A stretch of 63,331 bases of DNA, counting the filler, from Basidiobolus ranarum (lineage: Eukaryota), in assembly GCA_040143965.1 (NCBI GenBank). It is 42 parts of 42 records of this genome, joined end to end, with 100 filler letters (N's around TTAATTAATTAA, not from the genome) between each part and the next. Parts side by side here need not be neighbours in the genome. Positions count along the whole stretch, not along the records: positions 10,612 to 12,026 come from JASJQH010005254.1; positions 12,127 to 13,541 come from JASJQH010005255.1; positions 13,642 to 15,056 come from JASJQH010005256.1; positions 15,157 to 16,570 come from JASJQH010005257.1; positions 16,671 to 18,084 come from JASJQH010005258.1; positions 18,185 to 19,598 come from JASJQH010005259.1; positions 19,699 to 21,112 come from JASJQH010005260.1; positions 21,213 to 22,626 come from JASJQH010005261.1; 34 more parts are not named here. One strand, written 5' to 3'. Positions within the stretch are counted from its first letter, which is position 1. The number at the start of each line of letters is the position of its first letter. Made by a program: the position numbers and the translations under genes. Positions 10,821-22,726 of the stretch are shown here, one piece after another. The notes beneath the pieces were generated by a model, which saw only the letters and a list, made by a program, of their open reading frames with translations, had not been told where the DNA came from and did no database searches.

Positions 10821-11876
10821 ATTGCTTCCCTAACAAAATGATGCCTTTTATCTATATGTTTTGTTCTAGCATGAGATGTAAGGATTTTGGCTAATGAAAT
10901 ATAACTTTGACTTTCTTCACATGCAGTAATAGCATGTTTTTGCATGTGTCCTAAGTCTGCAAATACCTTCCTTAAACACATAACTTCTTGTGTGGTAGCA
11001 GAGGCAGCCATATATTCTACTTCTGTTGTGGAAAGTGCTCTGGTTGGTTGCTTCTTACTATTCCATGTTATGGCTCCATTATCATAGAGAAAAGTGTACC
11101 CAGTTGTTGATCTTCTATCATCATGGTTTCTTCCCCAATCTGCATCAATGTAGCCTTCAAAATTTTGTGCATCAGGAGTAGCAGTGTATTCTAGAACTAG
11201 ATTGACAGTTCCTCTCCAATACCTGAATATTTGTTTTACTGCTGTTTTGTGCTCAGATCCTGGATTTTTGAGGTATTGGCTGACATTTCCCACTACCACA
11301 GCAATGTCTGAACATGCTTCAACCATTGTATATATTAAACTTCCCAACATGGACTGTTAAGGGAACTCCTGGCTTGGATTTGAGTGATTTTAGGCTAAAG
11401 CGGATGAGATTTTGATTAATTTCACATTAGGATCCATTGGTGTTGAAACAGACATGCTATTCTTGCTGTTGAAGCATTTTGGGATTTCTAGGATGTATCT
11501 AGACTGCTTCAGCATGATTTTCTGATTGTGTTTTTCTCTCTTGATTTGGATTCCAAGAAAATAACTTAATTCACACATATCAGTCATCTGAAATTGATTT
11601 GATAAGCTACTTTTCATTTGATTAGATGCATGTAGATCATTTGTGGCTATGAACAAGTTGTCCACATATAGTGCCAAGATAAGGATCCTAATTCCAGTTG
11701 TTTTGATGTAAATACTACAATCTGAGATGAACTTTTTGGAATTCTAGTGATTCCAAATAGGTATCTATCTTGTTGTACCATATGCTGGGTCCTTGCTTGA
11801 GTCCATACAGCAATGTTTGCAGTTTACTGACCATATTAGGATGCTTGAGGTCAACAAATCCATCTGTTTGCTCCAT
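10821..11876 (-). mobile_element. Copia RT-RNase H fragment
   Basis: LYGLKQ, LALYVDN, GYIDADWG and ALSTTEVEYMA motifs. Confidence 0.95.
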
Positions 11877-12026
11877 AGACTTGTTCCATTGGACCAGGTC
11901 AGATTGTGCCGCTCAATCCAGCCTGCTAGTACACCATCTGGCGCGATCTGTCAATTACCATGGCTGGGTCCTATAACACTTGATCGGACACTATAAGGAA
12001 CAATATGGCACTATCCCACCACAATC
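11877..12026. mobile_element. Tourist/PIF-like element end (second subfamily)
   Basis: Starts AGACTTGTTCCATT where it interrupts Copia RT; internal TGGCACTATCC motif. Confidence 0.7.
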
Positions 12027-12128
12027 NNNNNNNNNNNNNNNNNNNNNNNNNNNNNNNNNNNNNNNNNNNNTTAATTAATTAANNNNNNNNNNNNNNNNNN
12101 NNNNNNNNNNNNNNNNNNNNNNNNNNGA

Positions 12129-12578
12129 ACCGAGTCGAGTGCTGCCACCACAACTAGTCAGATAGTTACGCCAGTTCTATCATCAGATACAGCCTCGCTA
12201 CAGACAATCACACCAGTATCTAGCTCAATTAGCAGCATTGATTCTTCCAGTACCGTCGGGTCAGGTACACAGTCCACCAATGCAGAAAGTTCATCGGTAA
12301 CTGGATCTCAATCCTCCACTTCCTCAGGGCCAACCCCAATAGTAGCTTCTTGTACTGACATCGGCTCATCTGCTCCTAGTAATGCAGACATATCCGCAAC
12401 TGGATCAAATGGCATCCCAACACCATCACCATGCCTTCCATCAAGTGAAGTGACGGGTTCCCCTACTACATTGCCATCTGTAAATGCCGGTGGCGCCTGG
12501 ACTACTTCGTGGAGTAGTAGCTCCTGGTCAACATCATGGTCATCTTCACACAATCCTAAAGCAACCAGTGTACAATAA
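12129..12578 (+). CDS. 3' end of a Ser/Thr-rich (likely O-glycosylated, extracellular) protein
   Basis: 149 uninterrupted codons TESSAATTTS...WTTSWSSSSWSTSWSSSHNPKATSVQ*; AATAAA downstream; not in the ORF track. Confidence 0.8.
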   Translation, partial: TESSAATTTSQIVTPVLSSDTASLQTITPVSSSISSIDSSSTVGSGTQSTNAESSSVTGSQSSTSSGPTPIVASCTDIGSSAPSNADISATGSNGIPTPSPCLPSSEVTGSPTTLPSVNAGGAWTTSWSSSSWSTSWSSSHNPKATSVQ

Positions 12579-13641
12579 TTGTGAGGTGTATTTATATTTG
12601 TTGGCACAGTATCACATTTACAACTCACCTCTTAACGTAATCATTCAATTGAATAAATAAACTATCCACTATGTATAAGGAGCTTCATTTTATTTATGAA
12701 ACTAACTCTATTTAAATCAAGATTAACAAAGTGTTTGTCTAAAAACGACCATTACTAATTTAAAGTTAGTGGAATTGAGTTGGAGATTTCGAACTAGAAA
12801 CTATTTGTTACATTTCCCAGAATTTCAATGTTGGCTATTTACTATTTTGCGTTGAATGATACAATTTTAAGTAAATAGCTTAGTGTAAAAATAAAAAGAC
12901 AAATTAAATTTGGTATGAGAAAATTCACCGTCGACAATTCTGACTTGAAGAGGTTCTCGCTCTGGTGAGCACAGATCAAGAGTTATACTATCAAATACTC
13001 AAATACATATTTGATTTTCATACCTTTGACCAATGTTTGATATCCGAATATCTTTAACCTTGGATTTTAGCTTCTTTTAAACTGTCATGCTTCATACCTA
13101 CACTGAAAAGTACTTATACACAACCAAAAGAATAGCTTCTCCAAATATGGATATTCCATATTGCCCACACAACTTAACCCTTTTAACACATGTGGCCATA
13201 TGCAAACTTAGTACTCCAATTCAATAATTAAACACTTCTGATCTCGCTTAGACCTAATAAATTTACAAAAATTAGGCTTGAACTAAATATGATATAAAAG
13301 TTCATACGCTAGTCTTGTTCATAGCATGGACTGAGGTAGTATAGCAGGAAGCCTCGGTACGTATCTTGTTATCATCTTATTAGTTTCATAAGCCTCTTGG
13401 CCTAAATTTACCTGCAGGCAATCGCTAAAGCATTTTCGTATTTTCTTTGACAATCTTAAGCTGAATGGTTCATAGTGCGCTGTCCGTTAAGGAAAGTGTG
13501 AAGTTGATTGGTTTGACTCTCAGAAACCTTTCCTTTGAATANNNNNNNNNNNNNNNNNNNNNNNNNNNNNNNNNNNNNNNNNNNNTTAATTAATTAANNN
13601 NNNNNNNNNNNNNNNNNNNNNNNNNNNNNNNNNNNNNNNNN

Positions 13642-15056
13642 ATATCATTCATCATGTGTTGAAAGACTGCAGGGGCATTGGTAAGTCCAAATGGCATGAC
13701 ATTGTATTCAAAGTGTCCATAGCAAGTTCAAAAGGCAGTTTTCCATTGGTCTCCTGGTTTGATTCTTACAAGATTGTAAGCACCTCTTAGATCAATCTTT
13801 GTAAACACCTTGGCTGAAGCAAGCTGATCCAAGAGTGAGTTGATTAATGGCAAGGGGTACCAATTTTTGACTGTAATGCTATTTAGGCCTTGATAATCAA
13901 CACAGAGATGGAGGGATCCATCCTTTTTCTTAACAAATAAGATTGGAGAGCCTGCTGGGGACTTTGAATGTTGGATAAATCCTTTCTCCAGATTTTCTGC
14001 AATGTACTCTTTCAGAATGTTGAGTTCTGGCTGGGTCAGCCCATATATAGGCCCAAATGGTGGTTGTTTTCCTTCTTGTAGATCTATAGGGCAATCAAAT
14101 GGGCAGTGATCTATTAATATGTCAGATTTCTTCTTGTCAAAGACATCAGCAAAGGCTAAGTATTTTGGTGGGAGCTTATGAATCATAGGTTTTGTTGGTT
14201 TCAGCTCTTCAGCAATATTGTCAATGGATATTGGCTTCATAGATGTTTTTAGGATTTGGGTGGATGATGAGTTGGATACTTTGCAAGTTGGCAAATATGG
14301 ACTACAAGATGCAGTTTGCTTGAACATGCTAATTTTCTTCTTCCAGTTGATTACTGGGTTGTGCTGCATGAGCCATATACCAAGGATGACTGGGTGGTGA
14401 GGTGAAGAAATGATGTTAAAGGCTATTTATTGTTGATGAGCAGTGGACATGAGTGTCATAAAGGTTGTCTCATGTGTTACAGCACCAGATGATAGCAGCC
14501 TTCCATCAATTACTTCTACAAGGACTGGACTAGATTTCTTGATTGTTGGGATAGATTGGGAATTTACAAAGGCAGAGTCAATAAAATAGGAGGAAGCACC
14601 TGAATCAAGAAGTGCAGTTGTTTTTATTGACTTGGAATTTGGTAGCAGGAGTGTCATGGGCAGCTATGATGATTGGTATGACTGCAGAGATTGCAATGTA
14701 TGGTGAAGATAGATTTTTGAAGATGGTTTGCCCAACTGAATGCCCATTATTGCAGCTGGGCATTGAAGTTTTCCGAGGGTTGGGAAGAGTTATCTTCTAC
14801 TTGCATATTGTTGATCTTAAATCCAGGATTCTTTTTTGGACAGGTTCTTGCTACATGTCCAGGAGCTCCACAATACAGGCATAGATTCTCTTGTTGGCAT
14901 CCATATTTCTCCTCAGGGCTAAGCTTTCTGAAGCAAGTTCCATCAATTTGCATTAGGTCATCTGCTATTCCACATTTTCCCCATAGGTTTTGGCAGGCAG
15001 GCAGCACATTTAAAAATGGAGAAAGCTCATGCCAAGATGAGATGAGAAAAATATGT
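13642..15056 (-). mobile_element. Ty3/Gypsy gag-protease-RT fragment
   Basis: CLYCGAPGHVARTC knuckle, ALLDSGA protease, [19 protein letters not shown] and [17 protein letters not shown] motifs. Confidence 0.96.
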
Positions 15057-15156
15057 NNNNNNNNNNNNNNNNNNNNNNNNNNNNNNNNNNNNNNNNNNNN
15101 TTAATTAATTAANNNNNNNNNNNNNNNNNNNNNNNNNNNNNNNNNNNNNNNNNNNN

Positions 15157-15383
15157 TTGTGTAAAATTTGAGTTACGTTTTTTGCACATGTGTAGATCCA
15201 TAGTTCTCTGAGATTGTAGCCAATCATGTGCAACTATTTTGCAAGATCTTGATATTTCACTCCTGAAACTGAAAGAATTGATTATAATCAAATCTAACTT
15301 GATGGTGAGTAAATGGTCAATCCCAAATGGATTAAAATTGTGATGGTTTTCCTACAATAACAATCCTCAAATTTCTGTCAGGG
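15157..15383. mobile_element. CMC transposon opposite terminus (TIR 15371-15383) inserted in Copia RT
   Basis: Reverse complement of 46536-46779; terminus CCCTGACAGAAAT. Confidence 0.7.
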
Positions 15384-16344
15384 TTTAGCTGAAATCGCTA
15401 AAATCAATCTAATTGAATTAAACTTTGCTACAGCAGCAAAAGTTTCTGTATAATCTATTCCTGGCATTTGAGAGTAGCCTTTGGCTACTAGTCTAGCCTG
15501 GTACCTTTCGTTATTGACATCAGAGTTGTATTTAACATTTGACACATATTGGCAGCCAATAGATTTTCTATCATCAGGTAAGTTTGTTAAAATCCAAGTT
15601 TGATTATCAAGCAAGGCCTGGTACTCATCAGCATTTGCAGGTCTCCAAAATTTTGTGTGAGTGCTATTCAGGGCCTCTTTCACCATCTGGGGTTTGTTTA
15701 TTTGAGCTGTGTAGGCATAGGCCCAATTTTGGAACTCATTGATGTGGTAATCAGGGCTATTTCTGATCCAACTTGATCTCCTGGTTTGGGATAAAGCTAC
15801 CATAACTTCTTGCATTGTATTGGGCACTTATGTAGGCAAAATTTGGTTGAAGGGTCCACAGGAATACTATTTTCTTCATTGTTTTGGTTTGAACCAATTT
15901 GAACAATTGGATCAGGAGAAAATTGATTTTTGTCATCATCAGTGGTCATGTGGGTGATAAATTTCATATTTCATTATGCAAAAGATCCCTGGACTTGATT
16001 AATTTGGAAATTTCAGTATTGTAGAATCTGTAGGCCTTAGTTTGAGTACAATAACCCAGATATGCATTTCTTACTTTTCAAAACAAATTTAGACCAATTT
16101 TTGGACATAATTTTTACATAAGCAATGCATCCAGAGATCCTTGAATGTTTTACATCAGGTTTAACTCCAAACCAAGCTTGATACGGTGTAGAGTTAGACA
16201 GACTTCTAGTAAGGTTCCTATTCCTCAGATATACAGCTGTAGTGACAGATTCCACCCAAAAGTTATGAGATAAATTTTGTGCATTTATCATTGATCTTGC
16301 CATTTCTATTTTAGTCCTGTAAGATCTTTCATCAACTCTATTTT
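15384..16344 (-). mobile_element. Copia integrase-RT fragment
   Basis: EMARSMI...AVYLRNR and RYQARLVAKGYSQMPGIDYTETFA. Confidence 0.95.
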
Positions 16345-16570
16345 TGTTGGAGGTTCTTGACATAATGGGGGTAGACTTTGGGTATTAGAAGCAACTTAAG
16401 TTAGGGTGTTTTAATTACTTTACTCTTAAGAATATATGGTGACTTATATAGTGGAAAAATAAATCAATTGTTTGAGATATTCAGGAGTTTGTGTAATAAG
16501 ATATAGTAGATAAGTGGGGGTAATAAGACATACTTGTTATATAGATATAGAGATATTCCTATTTAGAATA
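16345..16570 (-). mobile_element. Copia LTR family D (3' part)
   Basis: TGTTGGAGG terminus; matches 31458-31698 and the reverse complement of 17871-18084. Confidence 0.85.
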
Positions 16571-16670
16571 NNNNNNNNNNNNNNNNNNNNNNNNNNNNNN
16601 NNNNNNNNNNNNNNTTAATTAATTAANNNNNNNNNNNNNNNNNNNNNNNNNNNNNNNNNNNNNNNNNNNN

Positions 16671-16843
16671 CTTCATCTGGCTGAACTACATCCCAGACAG
16701 GTTTCCCTTCAGGCACAAGTTGCATCTTGAATTTCCATTCATGGAAATCTTCCCCATTGAATGTTGGAATAGTAGTAATCTCCTTTTGAGAAGAAGACTC
16801 TAATTCTCCTGCTGCTACCATGTTGGAGGATCTTGACATAATG
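16671..16843 (-). mobile_element. Copia family D LTR end, PBS (16808-16820) and gag start
   Basis: ...CCTCCAACA-TGGTAGCAGCAGG, then IPTFNGEDFHEWKFKM. Confidence 0.85.
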
Positions 16844-17587
16844 TATATTTTTCTTCTTTTGCAATTCATTTAAAGCAATCTTTGCTTAACTGGCCAGTTC
16901 TTTTATAGTAATTACAGAATGTTACTTTTCTTCTTGAAGTGTCTTTGACCTTCAAAGAGAGGTTTTCCATAACCTATTAAAGCATTTTCTTCATTCTTTT
17001 GATTAGTTCCTGATTTGTGTAAATCTTCATCCAGAAGTCTCCCAAATACAAAATTTAAGGTCAAATTTTCAGTTCTTGATTCTAGAGCCATTACTAGGCT
17101 CTGAAACTTGTGTGGCAGGCTATTCAGGACTGTAACTATGATATCTTGATCAATAGTAGGTACTCAATGCATTCCATTTCATCCACTAAAATGGTGACTC
17201 TTTTAATTAGTGATTCAATGTCTTCTCCTGGCTTCATCTTTAAGTTAAAGAATTGTCTTCTTAAAAGCTTCTTGTTGGCAGCAGAACTTGTTTGGTAGGT
17301 GTCTTCCATGGCTTTCCATATCTTCTTTGCAGTATTAGCTCTTTAACATTGAATTAGCAATTTGGCTTTAACATTAAGACAAATTGTGTTATAGGTGCGG
17401 TGTTCTTGTTTAACCTGGAGTAAAACTTTTTTTTCAATGGTTTTGCATTGATTCCTTCTCCTTAAATAGTGTCCCAATGTTCTTTTTCTTGCAGCAGCAT
17501 TTTCATTTCAATTTTCCAAACTTGATAATTGGTTGCATCCAATTTTTTAGAAGAGGGAAAAGCTCCATAAATTTGAGAATTAGACAT
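16844..17587 (-). mobile_element. Copia family C gag, decayed
   Basis: KLDATNYQVWK-like start, MKPGEDI, zinc-knuckle region; preceded by a PBS. Confidence 0.85.
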
Positions 17588-17605
17588 TACAGAGAGGGCA
17601 AGCTT

Positions 17606-17870
17606 GGGGCTCATAACCTGTTAGAGTATTTGGGAGCCTGTTGGAAGTGGCTTCACTTGTTGCTTTATTGAGTATTCAATTGGCATTTGCAGTTTTGCCA
17701 GGATGTAAACAAACTATTGTGTAGAATGTGTTAAGGAAGGTCCCAGAAACACATGTGCAAAGTGTGGGGCTTCTAGCACAAGTTATCAAAATCTATATAT
17801 CTTCAAACTTCTAAGCAAATTCCTTATGAGAATAATGGATAATATCTTAGTTCATTATAAGATAACTAAG
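17606..17870 (-). mobile_element. Copia family C 5' LTR (partial) with half-tRNA-type PBS (17606-17618)
   Basis: CTCTAACA-GGTTATGAGCCCC junction. Confidence 0.85.
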
Positions 17871-18084
17871 TGTTGGATTATTAATCTTTATTCATCATCA
17901 TAGTTAACTTTAGTTATGATACAAATATCAGAAACAGAAAGCAATGTATCTATAGCCTCTCTATTCTAAATAAGAATATCTCTATATCTATATAACAAGT
18001 ATGTCTTATTACCCCCACTTATCTATTATATCTTATTACACAAACTCCTGAATATCTCAAACAATTGATTTACTTTTCTACTAT
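17871..18084 (+). mobile_element. Copia LTR family D 5' part nested in LTR C
   Basis: Starts TGTTGGA; overlaps family D sequence. Confidence 0.8.
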
Positions 18085-18671
18085 NNNNNNNNNNNNNNNN
18101 NNNNNNNNNNNNNNNNNNNNNNNNNNNNTTAATTAATTAANNNNNNNNNNNNNNNNNNNNNNNNNNNNNNNNNNNNNNNNNNNNAGATCACCTTTACCAA
18201 TTTTCACTATTTTCTCAAAACTACTCCAAATCACCTCAAATTTTCACCTATGTTTTACAGGCATTGTTGTTATAATCTAAGCCTGTCTTATAGTCCTCTT
18301 TCTTAGCAAACTATAAATAAGACACATCCAGTTAAAATGGACTTAAGTGTCTGATTTACAAGTCCAAATCTTGTCAAAAACACTGCCAAATCCCCAAAAC
18401 ACTTTTATCATAAACTTACAAGCATGCTTTACAGTCATGTTTGTTTTGGGTTATTTGAGCTCTTTGCTTGGAATACAAATCAAGAGTCCAAAACCTAATC
18501 AGAATATCTTGTTAAATTAGTCTAGATACATCCTGGGCATCTGAAATGCTTCAACATGGAGAATGGCAAGCTGTATCCACACCAATGAATCTGAATGTGA
18601 AATTAATCAAAATTTCATCCTGTTTGGCCCAGAATGACTCAAACCACAGCCAGGAGTTCTCTTAGCAATCA

Positions 18672-19023
18672 TGTTGAAATAAGGAAGAGAGCAACTCATG
18701 AATTATTAGTCAGTTTATTCATATTCTGTTTATATAGTACTCAATTCTGTTACTCAAAAACATGTGTTTATTGCTCTAATTCATAAAAATATCAATTAGA
18801 TCACTTTTATCAATTTTCACTATTTTCTCAAATCCTCTCCAAATCACCTCAGATTCTCCCCAATGCTTAACAGGCATGTTTGTTATGATCTAAGCATGTC
18901 CAATAGTCTTATTTTATAGTAAACTATCAATAGGACACATTCAATTTAGTACAACTGAAGTATCAAATTCACAAATCCAAATGTTTTCCAAAACACTTCC
19001 AAATCCCCTAAACACTTTTATCT
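18672..19023 (+). mobile_element. Copia family B 5' LTR (another partial copy at 18185-18410)
   Basis: TGTTGAAAT start; followed by a decayed PBS and gag; matches 48577-48928 and 34543-34718. Confidence 0.85.
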
Positions 19024-19054
19024 GATTATAAGCACCAAGCTTGCAGCTAAAGGA

Positions 19055-19598
19055 ATTGCTACCATAACTATTAACAATGTTTTTGCATCTACAGAGAAGT
19101 TTGATGGTGAAGAATTCCACCTTTGGAAGTTTTATATGCAAAAGGTGCTCAAAGTCAAGGACCTTTGGGGATTTGTTACTGGAGAAAAAACAGAGCCAAA
19201 GGGACCATCAGAAGCTATCCTTTCCTTTCACAAAAAGCGGAGGAAAGCACTCTCTACACTTTCTTTACATCTCAGAGACTCTCAGTTGAGGCACATAAAA
19301 TCAGCAAAAAATATCCAAGATGCTTGGGAAACACTTGAAGGACTATTTGAGACTAAAGGTCCAGCTAATAGGCTACATCTTAGGCAAAATTTAATCTCAA
19401 TTCAGACGAATTCTGATGATTCTGTGCTTAACCTTATAAATTGGATCAAAACTATGGTGGATCGGCTCTCATATTTTGGAGCACCTCCAAATGAATATGA
19501 CCCAGTCATGACACTACTTAGGAGCCTGCCAAACCAGATTGCGTGCACCATAATTGCTCTAGAATCAAGATCAGAGCCATGAACAAAGAAATATGTTG
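19055..19598 (+). mobile_element. Copia family B gag
   Basis: EKFDGEEFHLWKF...DLWGFVTG...LLRSLP. Confidence 0.9.
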
Positions 19599-19698
19599 NN
19601 NNNNNNNNNNNNNNNNNNNNNNNNNNNNNNNNNNNNNNNNNNTTAATTAATTAANNNNNNNNNNNNNNNNNNNNNNNNNNNNNNNNNNNNNNNNNNNN

Positions 19699-19808
19699 CG
19701 GCACAATTTGGCACTATCCATCACCCTCTGGCATGATCAATTTCTATCACATTTACTCTAATATATTGATCCAAGGTCCGATAAATCTTGGCACAATGGA
19801 ACAAGTCC
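19699..19808. mobile_element. Tourist-like MITE, partial
   Basis: Reverse complement of 30834-30945; ends GGAACAAGTCC. Confidence 0.85.
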
Positions 19809-20827
19809 ATAATTCTGGAAAGTAATATATAGCATGAATATTGGCCACAACTATTGCAAAATTCCTTACCCTATAGTCGTTAATGGCACTTTACTTGGCG
19901 AAGTATAAATTTACAGTAAAGTAGGCCAATCATTGTTCTGTTGGTGTTGCCTTATGAGAGCTAATACCTCATATTACGAAGGATAGTGTGGAATGTATCA
20001 TCAGAATCACAATATGACGTTATGTAAAACGAGGACAAGAGTTTTGACAGCAAGCAGTTATTCGTCATAGTAAAATAATACTTCTTTGCTCATATTGTAG
20101 GATCAGCCCAATTAAATATTCGCCTAATTTGGAACAGGTTCATATCTATATATATAGGTAATACTATCTTACATAGTATTTCGGTAAACATTAAGCACAG
20201 CCAAAACTCTATTTGCTAATGTGACTGACATTTCTCAAGTATAGGAACCGTGTGGTTACCGATACATGTGGTTCGCTGTTGCTTTCAATTCACATCTCCC
20301 TCTATATTTAGCATCTCATACATACAAATTCAATAAAATTCTGTTACTGCTATGCATACTAAATATACGCATTATACTAAGTGGCTAAAACTTGAGTATT
20401 TACAGTATTAATATGAATATTGATAAGGTATTCCTCTAAGATTACACGCTACGTATATTCACTAACTTCTATTAACCTCTAATTACAAATGTGACACTAT
20501 GTCGTCGAATTAAAACTAGGCTCACATATATAACAAGAGATTAAACCACAGTTTTATAATAGTTGATGCCAAGTAACCCTACAAGTAAAGAAGTTTTACA
20601 ATTACGTTTCTTGGCTGGATAAGTATATTGCCGCTATATTGATATGAGAATGCTGCCAAGTCGCTACTGTGCCCATTTTCTTACGAAATCAGCCCAATCC
20701 ATGTTTATTCCTTATTTAGCATTAAACCGCAACACATCTAGAATCTGCGTTCTATAAAAACGCAATCATCTTGCTGATAACTACGATAACATTTTCAGCT
20801 TAACCCTTTACAGAGTATTTACTTACC

Positions 20828-21112
20828 ATGAAACTCAATTTATCAATATCTTTCATAGCCACTTCAGTATTGTTGTCTAATGCTGCTCCAGTGGATAATG
20901 CACTTGGTCAGCTCTCAGCCACGTGTAAACAATCACTACTTTCCATCGTAACTGGCGATGAGCCTTGTCTTCCCTTCAGTCAGATCTGGTCACAAGCTAG
21001 CTCTATTGATTGGGAGAACTATGACTCCAGCAAAGTTGACCAGTATACCTCTCTTCTGGATACAGCGTGTGCTGCTCCACGATGTGACAAGTCAGTCACA
21101 GATGCTCTGGCC
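20828..21112 (+). CDS. Secreted Cys-containing hypothetical protein, 5' part
   Basis: Signal-peptide-like MKLNLSISFIATSVLLSNA-AP; spaced cysteines; TATAAAA at about 20753; ACCATG context. Confidence 0.8.
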
Positions 21113-21212
21113 NNNNNNNNNNNNNNNNNNNNNNNNNNNNNNNNNNNNNNNNNNNNTTAATTAATTAANNNNNNNNNNNNNNNNNNNNNNNNNNNNNNNN
21201 NNNNNNNNNNNN

Positions 21213-22626
21213 AGTGGAAAGTGCTATGGTAGGTTGCTTCTGACTATTCCAAGTTATGGCTCCATTCCTATAGAGAAATGTGTATCCAATTGTTGATCTT
21301 CTATCATCAAGGTTTCTTCCCCAGCCTGCATCACTGTAGCCTTCAAAATTTCATGCATCAGGAGTGGCAGAGTATTCCAGTACTAGATCTACAGTTCCTG
21401 TCAAATACCTGAATATTTGTTTTGCTGCAGTTTTGTGCTCAAATACTGGATTTTTGAGATATTGGCTGACAGTTCCCACTGCCACAGCAATGTCTGGATG
21501 TGCTCCAATCACTGTACATATTAAACTACCAACCATGGATTGATAAGGGAACTCCTGGCTTTGATTTGAGTCATTTTGGGCCAAATTGGATGAAATTTTG
21601 ATTAATTTCACATTGGGATCCATTAGTGTTGATACAGGCTTGCTATTCTCCATGTTGAAGCATCTTAGCATGTCTAGGATATATCTAGACTGATTCAGCA
21701 TGATTTTCTGATTGGGTTTATCTCTCTTGATTTGAATTCCAAGAAAATAACTTGATTCACCCATATCAATCATCTGAAATTGGTTTGATAAGCTGCTTTT
21801 TGTCTGATTAAGTGTTTGTAAATCATTTGTGGCTATGAATAAGTCATCCACATATAGTGCCAAGATAAGGATTGTATTCCCAGTAGTCTTGATGTAAATA
21901 CTGTGATATGCTGTGCATTTTTAGAATTCCAGATATTCCAAATAGGTATCTATCTTGTTGTACCATGCCCTGGGTGCTTGCTTGAGTCCATAGAGAATCT
22001 TATGCAGTTTACAGACCATATCAGGATGTTTTGGGTCAACAAATCCGTCTGGTTGTTCTAAATAGATCTCTTCTTCCAGATATCCTTTCAGAAAGGCTTT
22101 TTTTACCTCCTTATCATGTAGATCAAGATTATCAATGGCTGAGAGTGCCAGGATTGATCTTATGGAGCTAAACTTAGCTACTGGAGTCAAAGTTTCATTA
22201 AAATCAACTCCTGGGGTCTGAGATTAGCCTTTTGCAACTAATCTTGCTTTGTACCTTTCTATGGTTCCATCAGCTTGGTTTTAACTTTGTAGACACATTT
22301 GCAACCTATTGGCTTTCTCCCTGATGGAAGAGGACTTAAAACCCATGTTTCATTGTCTTGAAGAGAAGAAAGCTCATCTGACAGTACTTTTTCCCATAAT
22401 TTTGTTTCTGGACACTCCAAAACTTTATCTAGAGTCTGTGGCTCATCACAGAATGCTGCATAAGCATATACATTATCATTGGAAGTGTTCCACCAGTTTC
22501 CTGGCTTATTTCTCCTTCTGATTGATCTTCCAGGTCCCAAAGCATCCATTGATGTAATTAAGACTGAAATTTTGGTTCAATAGGGCTCAGATAGAGCTGG
22601 AATTTTGTCAGACACTTCCTGAATAG
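21213..22626 (-). mobile_element. Copia RT-RNase H fragment
   Basis: [11 protein letters not shown] and LALYVDDL motifs. Confidence 0.95.
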
Positions 22627-22726
22627 NNNNNNNNNNNNNNNNNNNNNNNNNNNNNNNNNNNNNNNNNNNNTTAATTAATTAANNNNNNNNNNNNNNNNNN
22701 NNNNNNNNNNNNNNNNNNNNNNNNNN

